Source: Octopus sinensis (Eukaryota). From it: DNA of 64,000 nt. Positions 62,966-64,000 of the stretch are shown here, piece by piece. Position numbers and translations under genes: made by a program. Location of the stretch: the NCBI RefSeq assembly GCF_006345805.1, contig NC_043024.1, positions 9,362,001 to 9,426,000 on the forward strand, read 5' to 3'. The notes beneath the pieces are model-generated. The model saw only the letters and a program-made list of their open reading frames with translations. It was not told where the DNA came from and ran no database searches. Every line of letters starts with the position of its first letter. Position 1 is the first letter of the stretch.

Positions 62966-64000
62966 TGGGGGTACTGGAACTCAGTGTGTGTGTACAAAGT
63001 TGAATTTGTTGTTATTGCTTGTTTGTATATTTTTTTTTTATTCTGAATGCATAAAATTGACCCCTTGTTTTCTCTCCCCATCGCCATTTCTTCTGCTATC
63101 TCACCACTCCTGCTTTGCGGGTTGAATATAATCACACACACACTCACACGTGTGTGTATATATATATATATGTATGTATACACATATATATATATGCACA
63201 TATATATATACACACATATATATATACACACACATATATATACACATATATACACACATATGTATACACACATATATATATACACAAATATATATATATA
63301 TATATACACAAATATATATATATATATACACATATATATATATATACACATATATATATATACATATATATTATACATATATATATATATATACATATAT
63401 ATAATAGATATATATACATATTATATACACATATATATACCACACATATATATATACACATATATATATATACACATATATATATACAAAATAATATATA
63501 TATACATATATATATATATATTATATACACACAATATATTATTACATATAATATATATATATACACATATATATATACACACATATTAGATATATATACA
63601 CACATATATATACACATATATAGACATACATATATATACATACATATATATGCACACACACACACACACACGTTACACCTTACAGTGTGTGTAACTAAGT
63701 CAGTGTGTTACCATTCAAACAAAAACGTCATTCAGTCAGTCTCTGCCCCCCTCCCGGGCCGGCCGACATCGCATTTCCATGGCTACTTGTTGTTCATTGA
63801 AAGAGAAAGAAATATTTCATTTGCTACAATTATTCCCTCATCCAACACAACGTCCACACACACACACTCCACTACGACCATGACCACCACCACCACTGCG
63901 ACGTATACACTCCTCCATTGAGCCCATCTTCGACATGCGCATTCCACTCACGCCAAACACAACCCACGCATTACATACATACATGCACCTGTACACTCCA

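Overview
AT-rich, repeat-saturated animal genomic DNA, most likely an octopus (coleoid cephalopod). This is an inference from the SINE types and the extreme microsatellite load. Only one protein-coding segment is well supported: the first coding exon of an integrin alpha subunit (+, 11249-11451). I could not find exon 2, so the remaining ~52.5 kb is probably all intron 1. Nearly every long ORF in the supplied track is a microsatellite, minisatellite or SINE artefact. The rest of the window comprises: at least five tRNA-derived or short retroposon families; RTE- and CR1-type LINE 3' fragments; a deleted mariner; piggyBac-like, hAT-like and Helitron non-autonomous elements; and several satellites, some grown from SINE sub-segments. 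The most interesting unexplained signal is a set of short non-coding elements carrying minimal type I hammerhead-ribozyme folds of the Penelope/retrozyme kind, mostly anchored at (TA)n tracts. One is a perfect 340-bp palindrome with an intact hammerhead on each strand, and another is a tRNA-head plus hammerhead composite. A second signal is SINE multimers bounded by single target-site duplications that begin with GGTA. Coordinates were counted by hand and may be off by a few bases. No database searches or folding programs were run.
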